Origin: a virus
Lineage: Duplodnaviria > Caudoviricetes
Reading direction: 5' to 3' (one strand)
Virus record (IMG/VR): IMGVR_UViG_3300027816_000108
Location: 1-63,869 of that record
DNA length: 63,869 bases
Below, one piece after another: positions 1 through 9,006 of the stretch; positions within the stretch are counted from its first letter, which is position 1; each line of letters starts with the position of its first letter. A model generated the notes under the pieces. It searched no databases and was not told the origin of the DNA. It was given only the letters and a program-made list of their open reading frames with translations. The position numbers and the translations under genes are program-made.

Positions 1-5
1 AATAC

Positions 6-24
6 ATTTAGAATGGTTCTAAAT
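6..24. promoter_or_regulatory. Fur-box-like palindrome, Bacteroidota type (ATTTAGAATGGTTCTAAAT)
   Basis: 8-3-8 inverted repeat; variants at 990-1008, 1591-1609 and 9005-9023, copy at 62968-62986. Confidence 0.55.
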
Positions 25-150
25 AATATTTCCCCTTCATACGCTGTTGAAAAGGTAGTTTATACACCGTCTATTTAACATAATATTAAACGGAGTGGGC
101 GGGGTTATTACCCTCTTTTGTTATCTTTTTAGGGGGAAAAGTGTAACATT

Positions 151-375
151 TCAGACCTTTTGCAGGTATTGGATGAGGTTTTGAGGGTTGCCCCTGTTAT
201 CTGATTTAATGAGGTTTGTTTTATAGACCTTTCCTTTGCTCCTTATGTTACAAGGGTTTGAGCGGTTTAGTGCCACGTAAACCGAACGGGGGTTTGCTTT
301 GATAGATGAGCACAAAGCGGTTAGGGTTGTGTACGCTTCAGCCCCTGAATCATTAATAAGTATGTATAGCTTCAT
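151..375 (-). CDS. Small hypothetical protein, terminal-repeat allele A
   Basis: Homologous to 63124..63339 (shared TL..LC, PRS..AL...NPC.IR.K.K.Y.TNL, RGN); TACTTTTG promoter at 405..398. Confidence 0.75.
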   Translation of the reverse strand: MKLYILINDSGAEAYTTLTALCSSIKANPRSVYVALNRSNPCNIRSKGKVYKTNLIKSDNRGNPQNLIQYLQKV

Positions 376-460
376 GAATGTTATTATTTTTAAGCGTCAA
401 AAGTACAACATTTCACCCCAACAAACAAGTGGTATCAATTCCTTTTTAGGGGTTAATATC

Positions 461-481
461 AAATGATAATTATTCTCATTT
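461..481. promoter_or_regulatory. Classical Fur-box-like palindrome AAATGATAATTATTCTCATTT
   Basis: 14/15 match to TGATAATnATTATCA; copy at 63424-63444. Confidence 0.5.
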
Positions 482-1066
482 AGGAATGTTTCAATCTAAA
501 GTTTTAATTTAGGCGGGAGGGTGCAACGTGCTAACAATCAGCCCCAAACAGGGGGCAGCCCCGAAACGGGGTAGGGGTGTTTTTATACGAACACACGAGG
601 CACGGATTGGGGGGGATAACCAACGTCTTGAGCACAGGATTGTGATTTTGGGGCAACTCCCGTAAATAAGCATTGTTTAACCCCCCCCGTCACTGACAAT
701 GGATAATGAAATATGAGTTATTGCCCTCCCCCAAAAGGGTATGGGGTCAATGCCACGCTTTTTTACAAATGGTTATTAAATTAGCTATACTCCCTTTTAG
801 GGTAGTGGTTTAGCCAACATCTTGTACAATGTTGTGTTTTTTGTGTAACCCCTGTAAATGTATGGGGGGGGGTGTTATATGCCGTATGGGGGTTTTTAAA
901 ATGGGGGTATGGTGTTCTTCTATATGGGGGTATGGGCTTCTTACCTGTTTGACCTGTGGGGTGACTTAGGGGGTAATATGTTTTTTGTTATTTGGAATGT
1001 GTCTAAACTATTGTTTGGTTTGGGGGATACCGTTTGGTGTATTACATTTGCATAAATTTGAATGAT

Positions 1067-1558
1067 ATGGAAATTAAAAAAGGTATGTTATTGCGGGCTA
1101 TTGACCCGTGTACTATGGATATGGGGGAGGATGCTCTTGTTGTGGGGGATGTTTATGAAATACTTGATGTGCTGCTTGATAAAAAACGGTTTGTTGTATC
1201 ATCAAGGCTTAATGACAAACATATGTTTTCGTTTGATAATATTCATTTGTATTTCGAACCTGTTGCTGTTGCTGATGAACCCGTTACTGCGGTGCAATGG
1301 CTTGTTCGAAACCTTAAACACCAATTTCAAATAATTGGGGATGATGAGTCTTTATCTGCGCTTATTGACTATGCCCTTGAAATGGAACAAAAACAAATGG
1401 TTAGGTTTGATAAAATAACCCGTTTAGAGGTTATTAATCATGCCGAAAACAAATACACCGTTGGTAGGGTGATTACTCTATATAAAGAGTTGGGATTTGA
1501 TAGCCTTGATTTTAGTTTTCAAGATAAAGGCATGACACTTAAAATATTTGTTGACTGA
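1067..1558 (+). CDS. Hypothetical protein (multi-module)
   Basis: ORF after TACATTTG promoter; the middle part (TAVQWL...ALEMEQKQ) resembles the next gene. Confidence 0.7.
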   Translation: MEIKKGMLLRAIDPCTMDMGEDALVVGDVYEILDVLLDKKRFVVSSRLNDKHMFSFDNIHLYFEPVAVADEPVTAVQWLVRNLKHQFQIIGDDESLSALIDYALEMEQKQMVRFDKITRLEVINHAENKYTVGRVITLYKELGFDSLDFSFQDKGMTLKIFVD

Positions 1559-1656
1559 TTATACTATGTGGTACTATACTGTTTGGTACTATTTGGAATT
1601 TATCTAAATTGGGGATACTGTTTGGTGTGTAATACATTTTGGTGTATCTTTGTGGC

Positions 1657-1917
1657 ATGAAACAAACAGCAGTAAACTATTTGGAATCGGAAATCAAGAA
1701 ACTTAAAATACCTGTTGATTCAGCAACGCAGGTTTCAATGATTAGAATTATTGAACAAGCCCTACAAATGGAAAAACAGCACACGCTTTCCGCACAAATG
1801 GATATGTTTCACTTTATAAACAATTTAGAGTATGGGTTGGAGTATTTAGATAAAAGGGATAAAGCAGAAGAATTTGCCGAACAGTATTACAAACAAACGT
1901 ATGGGGATGACAAATAA
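1657..1917 (+). CDS. Hypothetical protein
   Basis: ATG 4 nt after TATCTTTG; MKQTAVNYL...EQALQMEKQ. Confidence 0.75.
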   Translation: MKQTAVNYLESEIKKLKIPVDSATQVSMIRIIEQALQMEKQHTLSAQMDMFHFINNLEYGLEYLDKRDKAEEFAEQYYKQTYGDDK

Positions 1918-1918
1918 T

Positions 1919-2173
1919 ATGAAACAAATTAAACACAAATACGACCTTAAAATCTACAACGGCAGAGTAAAGGTCTATGTTGATGGATACGTCATGTTCT
2001 CGTTTAACCAAATTGACTTCTTGGGATACTATGCATACAAAGACGACACATCTCTTTTTGGTTTAGATATTCACCTTCTCCGTGAAAAAGCGGGAGGATA
2101 TACAATGGAAATCTATTTCAAAACAAAAGAGAATTGGTTGAACATCCTTAAATTGCTTGACGAAAACCTATGA
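1919..2173 (+). CDS. Hypothetical protein
   Basis: ORF abutting the previous gene. Confidence 0.7.
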   Translation: MKQIKHKYDLKIYNGRVKVYVDGYVMFSFNQIDFLGYYAYKDDTSLFGLDIHLLREKAGGYTMEIYFKTKENWLNILKLLDENL

Positions 2174-2236
2174 TGCTTGTACTATTTACCCCTTTATGGG
2201 TGGTTATGGGTATTAACTATTTAAAGGATAAAATCA

Positions 2237-2470
2237 ATGAAACCAATAGAACAAGAACAAGCCAATGATATTGTTCGGAATAAACTATCCGAATGGCTGA
2301 AAAATGACGGGAATAATATATCGGGAAACTATTTTAAGTGGATGCTTATAGATGTTCTGCTTACCTATACCCAATGGAGGGCTTGTAATAGGTTTCATAG
2401 TCTATGGCAAAAAATATGTTTTAAACTAATTTATCCCGCAATTATTTGGATTATAAGGAAAACAATCTAA
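2237..2470 (+). CDS. Hypothetical protein
   Basis: ORF in the + strand operon. Confidence 0.55.
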   Translation: MKPIEQEQANDIVRNKLSEWLKNDGNNISGNYFKWMLIDVLLTYTQWRACNRFHSLWQKICFKLIYPAIIWIIRKTI

Positions 2471-2476
2471 CACTAA

Positions 2477-3772
2477 ATGACACTTACCGAGCAAAACAAT
2501 AAAACCCCCGAACATACAAGTGTGGTGGTGATGTTCCCATATCCAAGTGGTGCAGGGCTGCACGTGGGACATTTCTATAACTACGCTATTATAGATAGCT
2601 ATTGCCGATACCTGCGATATGTAGGACATAATGTGTTTCAACCGTTTGGGTACGATGCCTTTGGCTTGCCCGCTGAAAACTACGCTAAAAAAGTGGGGCG
2701 TGACCCCCGTGAGGTTACGTATGAAAACATACAAAACTTTTCACGTCAAATGGAAAGCATGAACACTATGTACGAAACCCTGCTTACTACCTCAGATGAA
2801 GGGTATCAGGGGCTTGTACAAGAATTGTTTATGCTGCTGCTTACACACGGGCTTGCCTATAAAGCTATGGGTACACAAGACTATTGCCCATCCTGCGAAA
2901 CCGTACTTGCACGTGAACAAGTTGCTGACGGTAAATGCGAAAGGTGTGAAACCCCCGTTGAACAAAAACAACTTGAACAATGGTATTTTAAAATTACCGA
3001 ATACAAACAACGCCTGATTGATAACATACTGAACGGCAAATCAGGACTTCCAAAAGAAACCGCTAATGCTCAGTTGAAATGGCTTGAAAACCAACACGAT
3101 TGGTGCGTTAGCCGCCAAAGGGCTTGGGGTTGTCCTATTCCCATACAGGGCGAAACCGATACTCTTGATACATTCGTTGATAGTAGTTTCTATTTTATCG
3201 TGTATCAACTGATAAAAGGATATAAACCCAAACCCATTGACCTGTATGTGGGTGGTAAGGAACACGCTTGTATGCACCTGATTTATGCAAGATTCATTAC
3301 TATGTTTCTTTATGACATCGGGATTATTGACTTTGATGAACCGTTTAAAAAGGTTATACATCAAGGCATGATTCTGAAAGACGGGCAGAAAATGTCTAAG
3401 TCTAAGGGAAACACCGTTAGCCTTGATGACTACGATAGCGATGAAATCAGGTTCTACCTCATGTTTATCGGACACTATTTTGACGGGGGTAGTTGGAATG
3501 ACCAAAATATCAACGGCATAAAACGCTTTATTGCCCGATTTAAAACATGGATGGGTAAAACAGGTGATGACACCGTTGACCTTGATTCATTTAAAAAAAC
3601 TATCTTTGCATATACCGAATCGTTTAAATTCAATAAGGTGGTTAGTTCGTTTATGATACTGCTGAACGAAAATAAAAACAAGTCCCTGACAAACAAATGC
3701 AAAGACGAACTGATTGACCTGCTTAATATCTATATGCCGTCCTTTAGGCTTAAAATGTGGCAAAACCCATGA
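2477..3772 (+). CDS. leuS: Minimal leucyl-tRNA synthetase-like protein (class Ia aaRS lacking CP1 editing and C-terminal domains)
   Basis: MFPYPSG..LHVGH, GYDAFGLPAENYA, CPSC...CERC Zn knuckle, QWYFKIT, DWCVSRQRAWG, DTFVDSS, YVGGKEHA.MHLIYARF, KMSKSKGN. Confidence 0.9.
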   Translation: MTLTEQNNKTPEHTSVVVMFPYPSGAGLHVGHFYNYAIIDSYCRYLRYVGHNVFQPFGYDAFGLPAENYAKKVGRDPREVTYENIQNFSRQMESMNTMYETLLTTSDEGYQGLVQELFMLLLTHGLAYKAMGTQDYCPSCETVLAREQVADGKCERCETPVEQKQLEQWYFKITEYKQRLIDNILNGKSGLPKETANAQLKWLENQHDWCVSRQRAWGCPIPIQGETDTLDTFVDSSFYFIVYQLIKGYKPKPIDLYVGGKEHACMHLIYARFITMFLYDIGIIDFDEPFKKVIHQGMILKDGQKMSKSKGNTVSLDDYDSDEIRFYLMFIGHYFDGGSWNDQNINGIKRFIARFKTWMGKTGDDTVDLDSFKKTIFAYTESFKFNKVVSSFMILLNENKNKSLTNKCKDELIDLLNIYMPSFRLKMWQNP

Positions 3773-4065
3773 AACACAAAAAACTAACATACGATGAGTT
3801 TATACGTGATATTATCAATATGGAACTGATGCTCAAACACGTATGCTACGATGACCTTGATGAACAACCCGTGTTCGGTGAATTTGACGGTGTGCCGTTC
3901 TATCAATACTTTTCGTTTGACACCAAACGGGAACATGAAGCATGGCGTGAATACGTGTATAAGCGTATATCCGATTGTAACAGCTTAAGACACTATACAA
4001 AAAAACTCAAAATACAACTTGTATGTTATCTTGATTTAGTGTACGGTTTCCGAATCAACTACTAA
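3769..4065 (+). CDS. Hypothetical protein
   Basis: ATGA overlap with the LeuRS-like gene. Confidence 0.7.
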   Translation: MKHKKLTYDEFIRDIINMELMLKHVCYDDLDEQPVFGEFDGVPFYQYFSFDTKREHEAWREYVYKRISDCNSLRHYTKKLKIQLVCYLDLVYGFRINY

Positions 4066-4215
4066 TGGTTCGGAATTTCTTTTTCTATTTATTCAAAATA
4101 TCGTGCAAACTTGTGTTTGCATGGGGTGATATGTGGAACAAACACTAATTTAGTTTGTTTCTACACAATCATTGTATTACATTTGCACAATCATTGAAAA
4201 TCATAATATAATTCT

Positions 4216-5550
4216 ATGACAAATAAATTCATCCCGAACGGACAAGACAGGGAGAAAAAAATCAAGGCTATTAAACTCTATCATGCCTTTTTAAAACAAA
4301 ACCACACTAAGTTCCAATGTGTTGCTGATGCGACAAAAGCATTTATTGACGAACATGGGCTTTGTGGGTATGCAAGTTTTGATAGCCTTAAACAGCTAAC
4401 CCTTAGCTATCCCAAAACGTACAAATTGTATGTATCTAAAGGGCTTGTTGAACAAGACGAACCCGTACATATCAATAAATTGTATTTGGGTAAACACAAG
4501 CATAGGGATAAAACCCCTAAAGTAAAACCCAAAGAACTATCGGTTGATGATGAGATTGAGCAGGATTTAAGGGAGTGGAAATCAAAAGCCGAACAAAAGG
4601 ACATTAGACGAAAGTTCGATAATCTGCTTGGCAGATACAATCAACTGATGCACGACTATGAAACGCTTGCTGCTTTACGGGAATACACCCCACAAGATTT
4701 ACATATCAAGGAGGTTGTACCAACGGGTAAAAGCATGGCTGCTGCTATTGTGCAGTACAGCGATTGGCACGTGGATGAGGTGGTAAAGGCAAGTACCGTA
4801 AACTATAAAAATGAATATAACCCCGATATTGCTAAAAAACGTGCAGTTAAATGTATTCAGAATACTCTGCGAGTTATTAAAACATTCAGACACGACATTG
4901 CAGTTAATGACATTGTTATTCAACTTGGGGGTGACTTTATAGGTGGCTACATACACCCCGAACTTGAACAAACCAATTCTATGTCACCGCTTGAGGGTAT
5001 CCGATTTGCTACTGAACTGCTTGTGAACGGTATTAACTTCTTGGCTGAATACGGAGATTTTGATACCATTACGCTTGTATGTAACAGGGGTAATCACTCC
5101 CGATTAACCAAAAAAATGCAGTCAAACGACTACGCTATGAACCTTGAACAAAATATGTACTATGACCTTGCCAAAAAATTCAGGGATGATGAGCGTATGA
5201 AATTTGTAATCAATGATGCAGAAGTGGTGTATGTACCTATATTTGATAAAATAAACCGTTTCTTTCACGGGCATCAAGTAAAATCACAAGGCGGTATTGG
5301 GGGTATCGGTATTCCGTTGTACAAACAACTACACCGTTGGGACGCTTCACAACACGCTGACTACAACTTTATGTGTGATAAACACACCTACTCACAACCC
5401 ACCGAAAATTGCAATATTAACGGCTCACTAAAAGGGTGGGATGCGTATGCTATTGGCAAGGGATTCAAATACCAAGAACCCCTGCAAAGTTTACAGCTAT
5501 TGGACAATAAACGTGGTTATACAATCAGAACAAAAATAATTTGCGAATAA
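4216..5550 (+). CDS. Calcineurin-like metallophosphoesterase (phage nuclease/phosphoesterase)
   Basis: SDWH, GGDFIGG, GNH, FHGH and DKH metal-binding motifs. Confidence 0.85.
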   Translation: MTNKFIPNGQDREKKIKAIKLYHAFLKQNHTKFQCVADATKAFIDEHGLCGYASFDSLKQLTLSYPKTYKLYVSKGLVEQDEPVHINKLYLGKHKHRDKTPKVKPKELSVDDEIEQDLREWKSKAEQKDIRRKFDNLLGRYNQLMHDYETLAALREYTPQDLHIKEVVPTGKSMAAAIVQYSDWHVDEVVKASTVNYKNEYNPDIAKKRAVKCIQNTLRVIKTFRHDIAVNDIVIQLGGDFIGGYIHPELEQTNSMSPLEGIRFATELLVNGINFLAEYGDFDTITLVCNRGNHSRLTKKMQSNDYAMNLEQNMYYDLAKKFRDDERMKFVINDAEVVYVPIFDKINRFFHGHQVKSQGGIGGIGIPLYKQLHRWDASQHADYNFMCDKHTYSQPTENCNINGSLKGWDAYAIGKGFKYQEPLQSLQLLDNKRGYTIRTKIICE

Positions 5551-5551
5551 T

Positions 5552-5824
5552 ATGAAAAAAATAGAATTAACAGGAATAGAAGCCGAGTTATACATCATGG
5601 CGTGTGAACACTTTGGCTCGTTATCACAATTTATTGATGCTGTGACAAATGACAAAGCACAAGCCGAAGATAATGTTTGTCTTCTTAGTCAAAACCTTGA
5701 GGAAGCCATTAAAATAGCTGACCACTATCGGGAGTTAGTTGACGCATACCGCAATATGTCACCCCCAAAATTTACATGGTGTTGGATGAAATCGCTTGTT
5801 ACTAAAAAACCCGTAAACGTATGA
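5552..5824 (+). CDS. Hypothetical protein
   Basis: Operon continuity. Confidence 0.65.
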   Translation: MKKIELTGIEAELYIMACEHFGSLSQFIDAVTNDKAQAEDNVCLLSQNLEEAIKIADHYRELVDAYRNMSPPKFTWCWMKSLVTKKPVNV

Positions 5825-6033
5825 AAAAAGTATTAGCTTGGATTGTTTTAATCTCCTTCTTTGGTTGGGGTTTTTACAATATTATTGATAGCCTTATTAT
5901 CCAACCATGTATTAACTTTTACACCAAATATGGATACGCAGGTGTTTTTACGTGGCTGTTTGTAGTGATTGTAATAATACTTGCAGTAGTTTGCTTGGCT
6001 AAGATTTTGAATTGGGCAATAGACAATGCGTAA
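5821..6033 (+). CDS. Small membrane protein (2 TM)
   Basis: Two hydrophobic segments; ATGA overlap. Confidence 0.65.
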   Translation: MKKVLAWIVLISFFGWGFYNIIDSLIIQPCINFYTKYGYAGVFTWLFVVIVIILAVVCLAKILNWAIDNA

Positions 6034-6034
6034 C

Positions 6035-6217
6035 CTAAATCTTAGGCCAACTTATCTTACTCAATATAGCCCCCTTTGTGGGGCTTTTTACTTTATAGCC
6101 CATTTGCTCTAACACTAAACGGGTACTATCGGTTAATGCTGCGTAATGACATCCCGTTGGGGATTTCCTGATGCACTCAATGATGTATTCAATGCCCGTG
6201 TCCGTTAGTTTTGACAT
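6035..6217 (-). CDS. Hypothetical protein
   Basis: ATG 4 nt after TATATTTG (6229..6222). Confidence 0.65.
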   Translation of the reverse strand: MSKLTDTGIEYIIECIRKSPTGCHYAALTDSTRLVLEQMGYKVKSPTKGAILSKISWPKI

Positions 6218-6231
6218 ATCACAAATATAAT

Positions 6232-6254
6232 AAAAAAGCCCCAATTAAGGGGCT
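6232..6254 (-). terminator. Intrinsic terminator after primase-helicase
   Basis: AGCCCC/GGGGCT stem followed by a T6 run on the minus strand. Confidence 0.7.
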
Positions 6255-6258
6255 GATT

Positions 6259-8100
6259 TTAAAATGGTGGTTCATCTAAATGTTGTTCAAATCTTGGATT
6301 TATGTGATTGAACGGGTTATCAAGTGCAAGGTAATCAACCGTATTGAATATGAACCTGCGCCTGAAAAAGTCAAATTCAAACTCCAACATACCCCGTTTA
6401 AATAGCTTCTGCTTCTTTACCTTTAAGCTATGCCATTGACAGGTGGCTGACATGGGTTCTGTTTGAGCAACGGGTCTGTGGTATGCAAATAGGTTGTGTA
6501 GCTTGTTATCCCACATTGCACCCCCTGCCATATCATATTTATCGGGGCACTTGTAATTCCCCTCTTCGTCTTTTTGCATTTTGTGTGGGTGGGCTATAAT
6601 ATGAAAATACACATTGTTTTCATTGGCAAATCGCACAGCATCCCCCAAAAAGGCTTCAAGGTACTTGTCATCCCTACCCCCGTGTTTGGAGTAGTCATTA
6701 GTCATCGTGTTGAACGGGTCAATACATACTCCCGTTACACCGTGTTTGATTATCAGTTCTAAAAACTTTGCCTTTAGGTATTCGGGGGTTGGGGCTAATG
6801 TTTGGGGATACACATAGTAAAAATGTTCCCGTACAAAGTCATACGCTTCCTTAAACTTTTCTTTGCTTGGTCTGAACCTGTTTTCGGGGGTTAAACAACA
6901 CCCCATAAGTATTTCGGTTAGTTCTAAATACCATTCTTCTGCGGGGTAGTTTTCAGGGCCAAACACAGCAAACTTATCTCCGTCACGTAGTGCTTTGGTG
7001 ATAGCTAAATACTGCCACATGGTACTTTTACCGTAATTTCCGATACCCGTTAAGGCTGATACCTGCCTTTTCTTCCATTTGTAAAATTCATCAAGGGGTG
7101 GGATATGACACGATTCTGCTGATTCGTAACCCATGTCATACAGCCTTTCGGCATCATTCCACACATCTGCCCCGTATATTACGTCTGTGGGCTTGTAATC
7201 GGCATCCATAAGGTTGTCGGGGATGGTGTAGCTTGCTTCACCCGATTTAGTGACCATATACACCTCACCGTCTGTATCGAATTGGGCTTTGCCAAAATCT
7301 TTCCCGTTGCTGCGGTATGCACTTGTTACGGTACGGTTCATCTCCCGTTGTGAAAAATCGGTATCTCCCACAAGGTAATCCTGCGATATGTAACTTTCTG
7401 CATAGCCCTGTTGGATACCAAACCTGCAACACGCTGCTGCTAATTTGTATATGTAAAGGTTTCGCTCACCCCGTACAAAAGCATCACCCCTGTTTTCAAG
7501 CCATGTCTTTATCTTTTCGTAAATCTTGTATTCGTCTGTTTCGGGCTTGGTAACCTTTTTTACCTCAATCTTGGGTTCAATGTACACTCTATCCCATGTA
7601 TCACTTTTGGGATTGATGTATATTTCGGAATCGTAGCTTTCATAACACACTCTGCTAACATTTATCCCTGATTTATCTATTTCGGGGAACACCTGCTGCA
7701 ACGATTGGAAATGCTCACGGTGTTTGGTGCTGTCTGATATTCTGACTAACACCTTCACCCCATTACCGCTTGGGCTTATCCAACACGCATACGTGCATGG
7801 CCATTTAAGCATCTTACCCTTGCGCTCAATAGCTTGTTCGACTGTCTTATAGTCAAAATCAAGCACTATAAATCCTGAGTGTTTTATTAGGGCGGTATCC
7901 TTTCGCTCACCGAACTTACCCGAAAACATTACACAGGGTAATGATTTCTTTAGGTCGTTCTGTATTTCTTTGTCTGATTCTGACCGTATTTTATCAATCA
8001 GTTCCTTAGATTTCCCGATTTTAATTCGTTCTAAAGCCCCGTCAATAGTAATGGTATGATTGCCCGTTATATCGGATATGTTCTTGTATATTGAAATCAT
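6259..8100 (-). CDS. Primase-helicase: BT4734/VirE N-terminal primase-like domain fused to SF4 (Twinkle/T7 gp4-like) helicase
   Basis: SGFIVLDFD, WISPSGNGVK, SRVCYESYD; GERN helical domain; Walker A GIGNYGKST, Walker B VCIDPFN, IIAHP. Confidence 0.85.
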   Translation of the reverse strand: MISIYKNISDITGNHTITIDGALERIKIGKSKELIDKIRSESDKEIQNDLKKSLPCVMFSGKFGERKDTALIKHSGFIVLDFDYKTVEQAIERKGKMLKWPCTYACWISPSGNGVKVLVRISDSTKHREHFQSLQQVFPEIDKSGINVSRVCYESYDSEIYINPKSDTWDRVYIEPKIEVKKVTKPETDEYKIYEKIKTWLENRGDAFVRGERNLYIYKLAAACCRFGIQQGYAESYISQDYLVGDTDFSQREMNRTVTSAYRSNGKDFGKAQFDTDGEVYMVTKSGEASYTIPDNLMDADYKPTDVIYGADVWNDAERLYDMGYESAESCHIPPLDEFYKWKKRQVSALTGIGNYGKSTMWQYLAITKALRDGDKFAVFGPENYPAEEWYLELTEILMGCCLTPENRFRPSKEKFKEAYDFVREHFYYVYPQTLAPTPEYLKAKFLELIIKHGVTGVCIDPFNTMTNDYSKHGGRDDKYLEAFLGDAVRFANENNVYFHIIAHPHKMQKDEEGNYKCPDKYDMAGGAMWDNKLHNLFAYHRPVAQTEPMSATCQWHSLKVKKQKLFKRGMLEFEFDFFRRRFIFNTVDYLALDNPFNHINPRFEQHLDEPPF

Positions 8101-8373
8101 TTATTTTAAATTGAATACATGGTTTAATTCTTCTTGTAAATACCATTGCAAATTAGATACATCCTTCTTAACCCCGATATTCTTTACAAGGCTTTCTGCT
8201 GTTTTAAAACTTAATTGCTTCCTATCAACATTCCAATGCCCCACAAATGGGATATGTTTGGGGGTATTCGTAATATCAAAAAGTTCCCCTTTTCTAAAAG
8301 CAAGCAATCTCCCATTAAATGTAAATGAATTGCTGTATTTTATTATGTATGGATTTTCGATACTCATAATCAA
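8101..8373 (-). CDS. Hypothetical protein starting within the attI-like site
   Basis: ORF abuts the primase-helicase start; its first codons overlap the 8346-8409 repeat. Confidence 0.7.
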   Translation of the reverse strand: MIMSIENPYIIKYSNSFTFNGRLLAFRKGELFDITNTPKHIPFVGHWNVDRKQLSFKTAESLVKNIGVKKDVSNLQWYLQEELNHVFNLK

Positions 8374-8409
8374 TTAGTTATAACTCAGGGTGCAGGAAGC
8401 GGGTAGTTA
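8346..8409 (+). mobile_element. attI-like site A (ends in core GTTA)
   Basis: 54/64 identical to 54489-54552; contains IHF-consensus-like AATCAATTAGTTA; directly precedes a cassette. Confidence 0.65.
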
Positions 8410-8669
8410 GCACCAATTTTATGACCGATAATTACGGGCAAAATAACTGATTGATGCCATGCATAACATTCCGAATAAAAACCAAACGGTGCATTTCCAT
8501 TCGACATTTTCAATAAAGAAGTCCGTAATTCTTGCAAGTATTCCAAAAAGGAACATACAAATAAATGTGAGCATTGATACTAAAATAAACTTTCTCATAA
8601 TAAAAACTGGTGCTAACATTGGTTTTACGCAAGTGGGGGTTAGCGTTTAAACCCATCTTACGTGCTTCG
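8407..8669 (+). mobile_element. Single gene cassette with truncated attC
   Basis: Starts GTTAGCACCA (8406-8415) with its exact reverse complement TGGTGCTAAC at 8608-8617; the right arm of the attC is missing. Confidence 0.6.
8419..8598 (-). CDS. Cassette-borne small membrane protein (2 TM)
   Basis: MRKFILVSML...; hydrophobic and AT-rich. Confidence 0.6.
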   Translation of the reverse strand: MRKFILVSMLTFICMFLFGILARITDFFIENVEWKCTVWFLFGMLCMASISYFARNYRS

Positions 8670-8981
8670 CTATATACTTACAACCACGTCAAATGTGCCT
8701 ATTTTACCCCCAAACAGTGTATCGGTTTTGTTTACAAACGACAACAGTATAAACAACTGAGCCGCTTCATCGTACCTCATTTCACCCCGTTTACTCTTAT
8801 CGGATTTTTTGATTATATAGCCATTGCCATTGTCTTCCAATCCCATTGCAAGTGTACCCCTTATATGTTCGTTATAATGCTCGGAGTGGCTGTAAAACAA
8901 CCAATAATGGGTGCTTTCAGCCTTATCAACCGCTAAGGTGTATTCTTCTTCACCGTGATTGTTTATGACTTTGTATTTCAT
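8670..8981 (-). CDS. Hypothetical protein
   Basis: ATG 4 nt after TAACTTTG; Fur-box-like site upstream (9005-9023). Confidence 0.75.
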   Translation of the reverse strand: MKYKVINNHGEEEYTLAVDKAESTHYWLFYSHSEHYNEHIRGTLAMGLEDNGNGYIIKKSDKSKRGEMRYDEAAQLFILLSFVNKTDTLFGGKIGTFDVVVSI

Positions 8982-9006
8982 ACTGCAAAGTTACAATTAA
9001 ACCTGT

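Larger units (their letters stand above)
1..907. repeat. Left direct terminal repeat (imperfect)
   Basis: 1-111 is identical to 62963-63073. 398-907 is near-identical to 63361-63869 (a few SNPs and homopolymer-length differences). 112-397 differs from the right copy. Confidence 0.95.
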
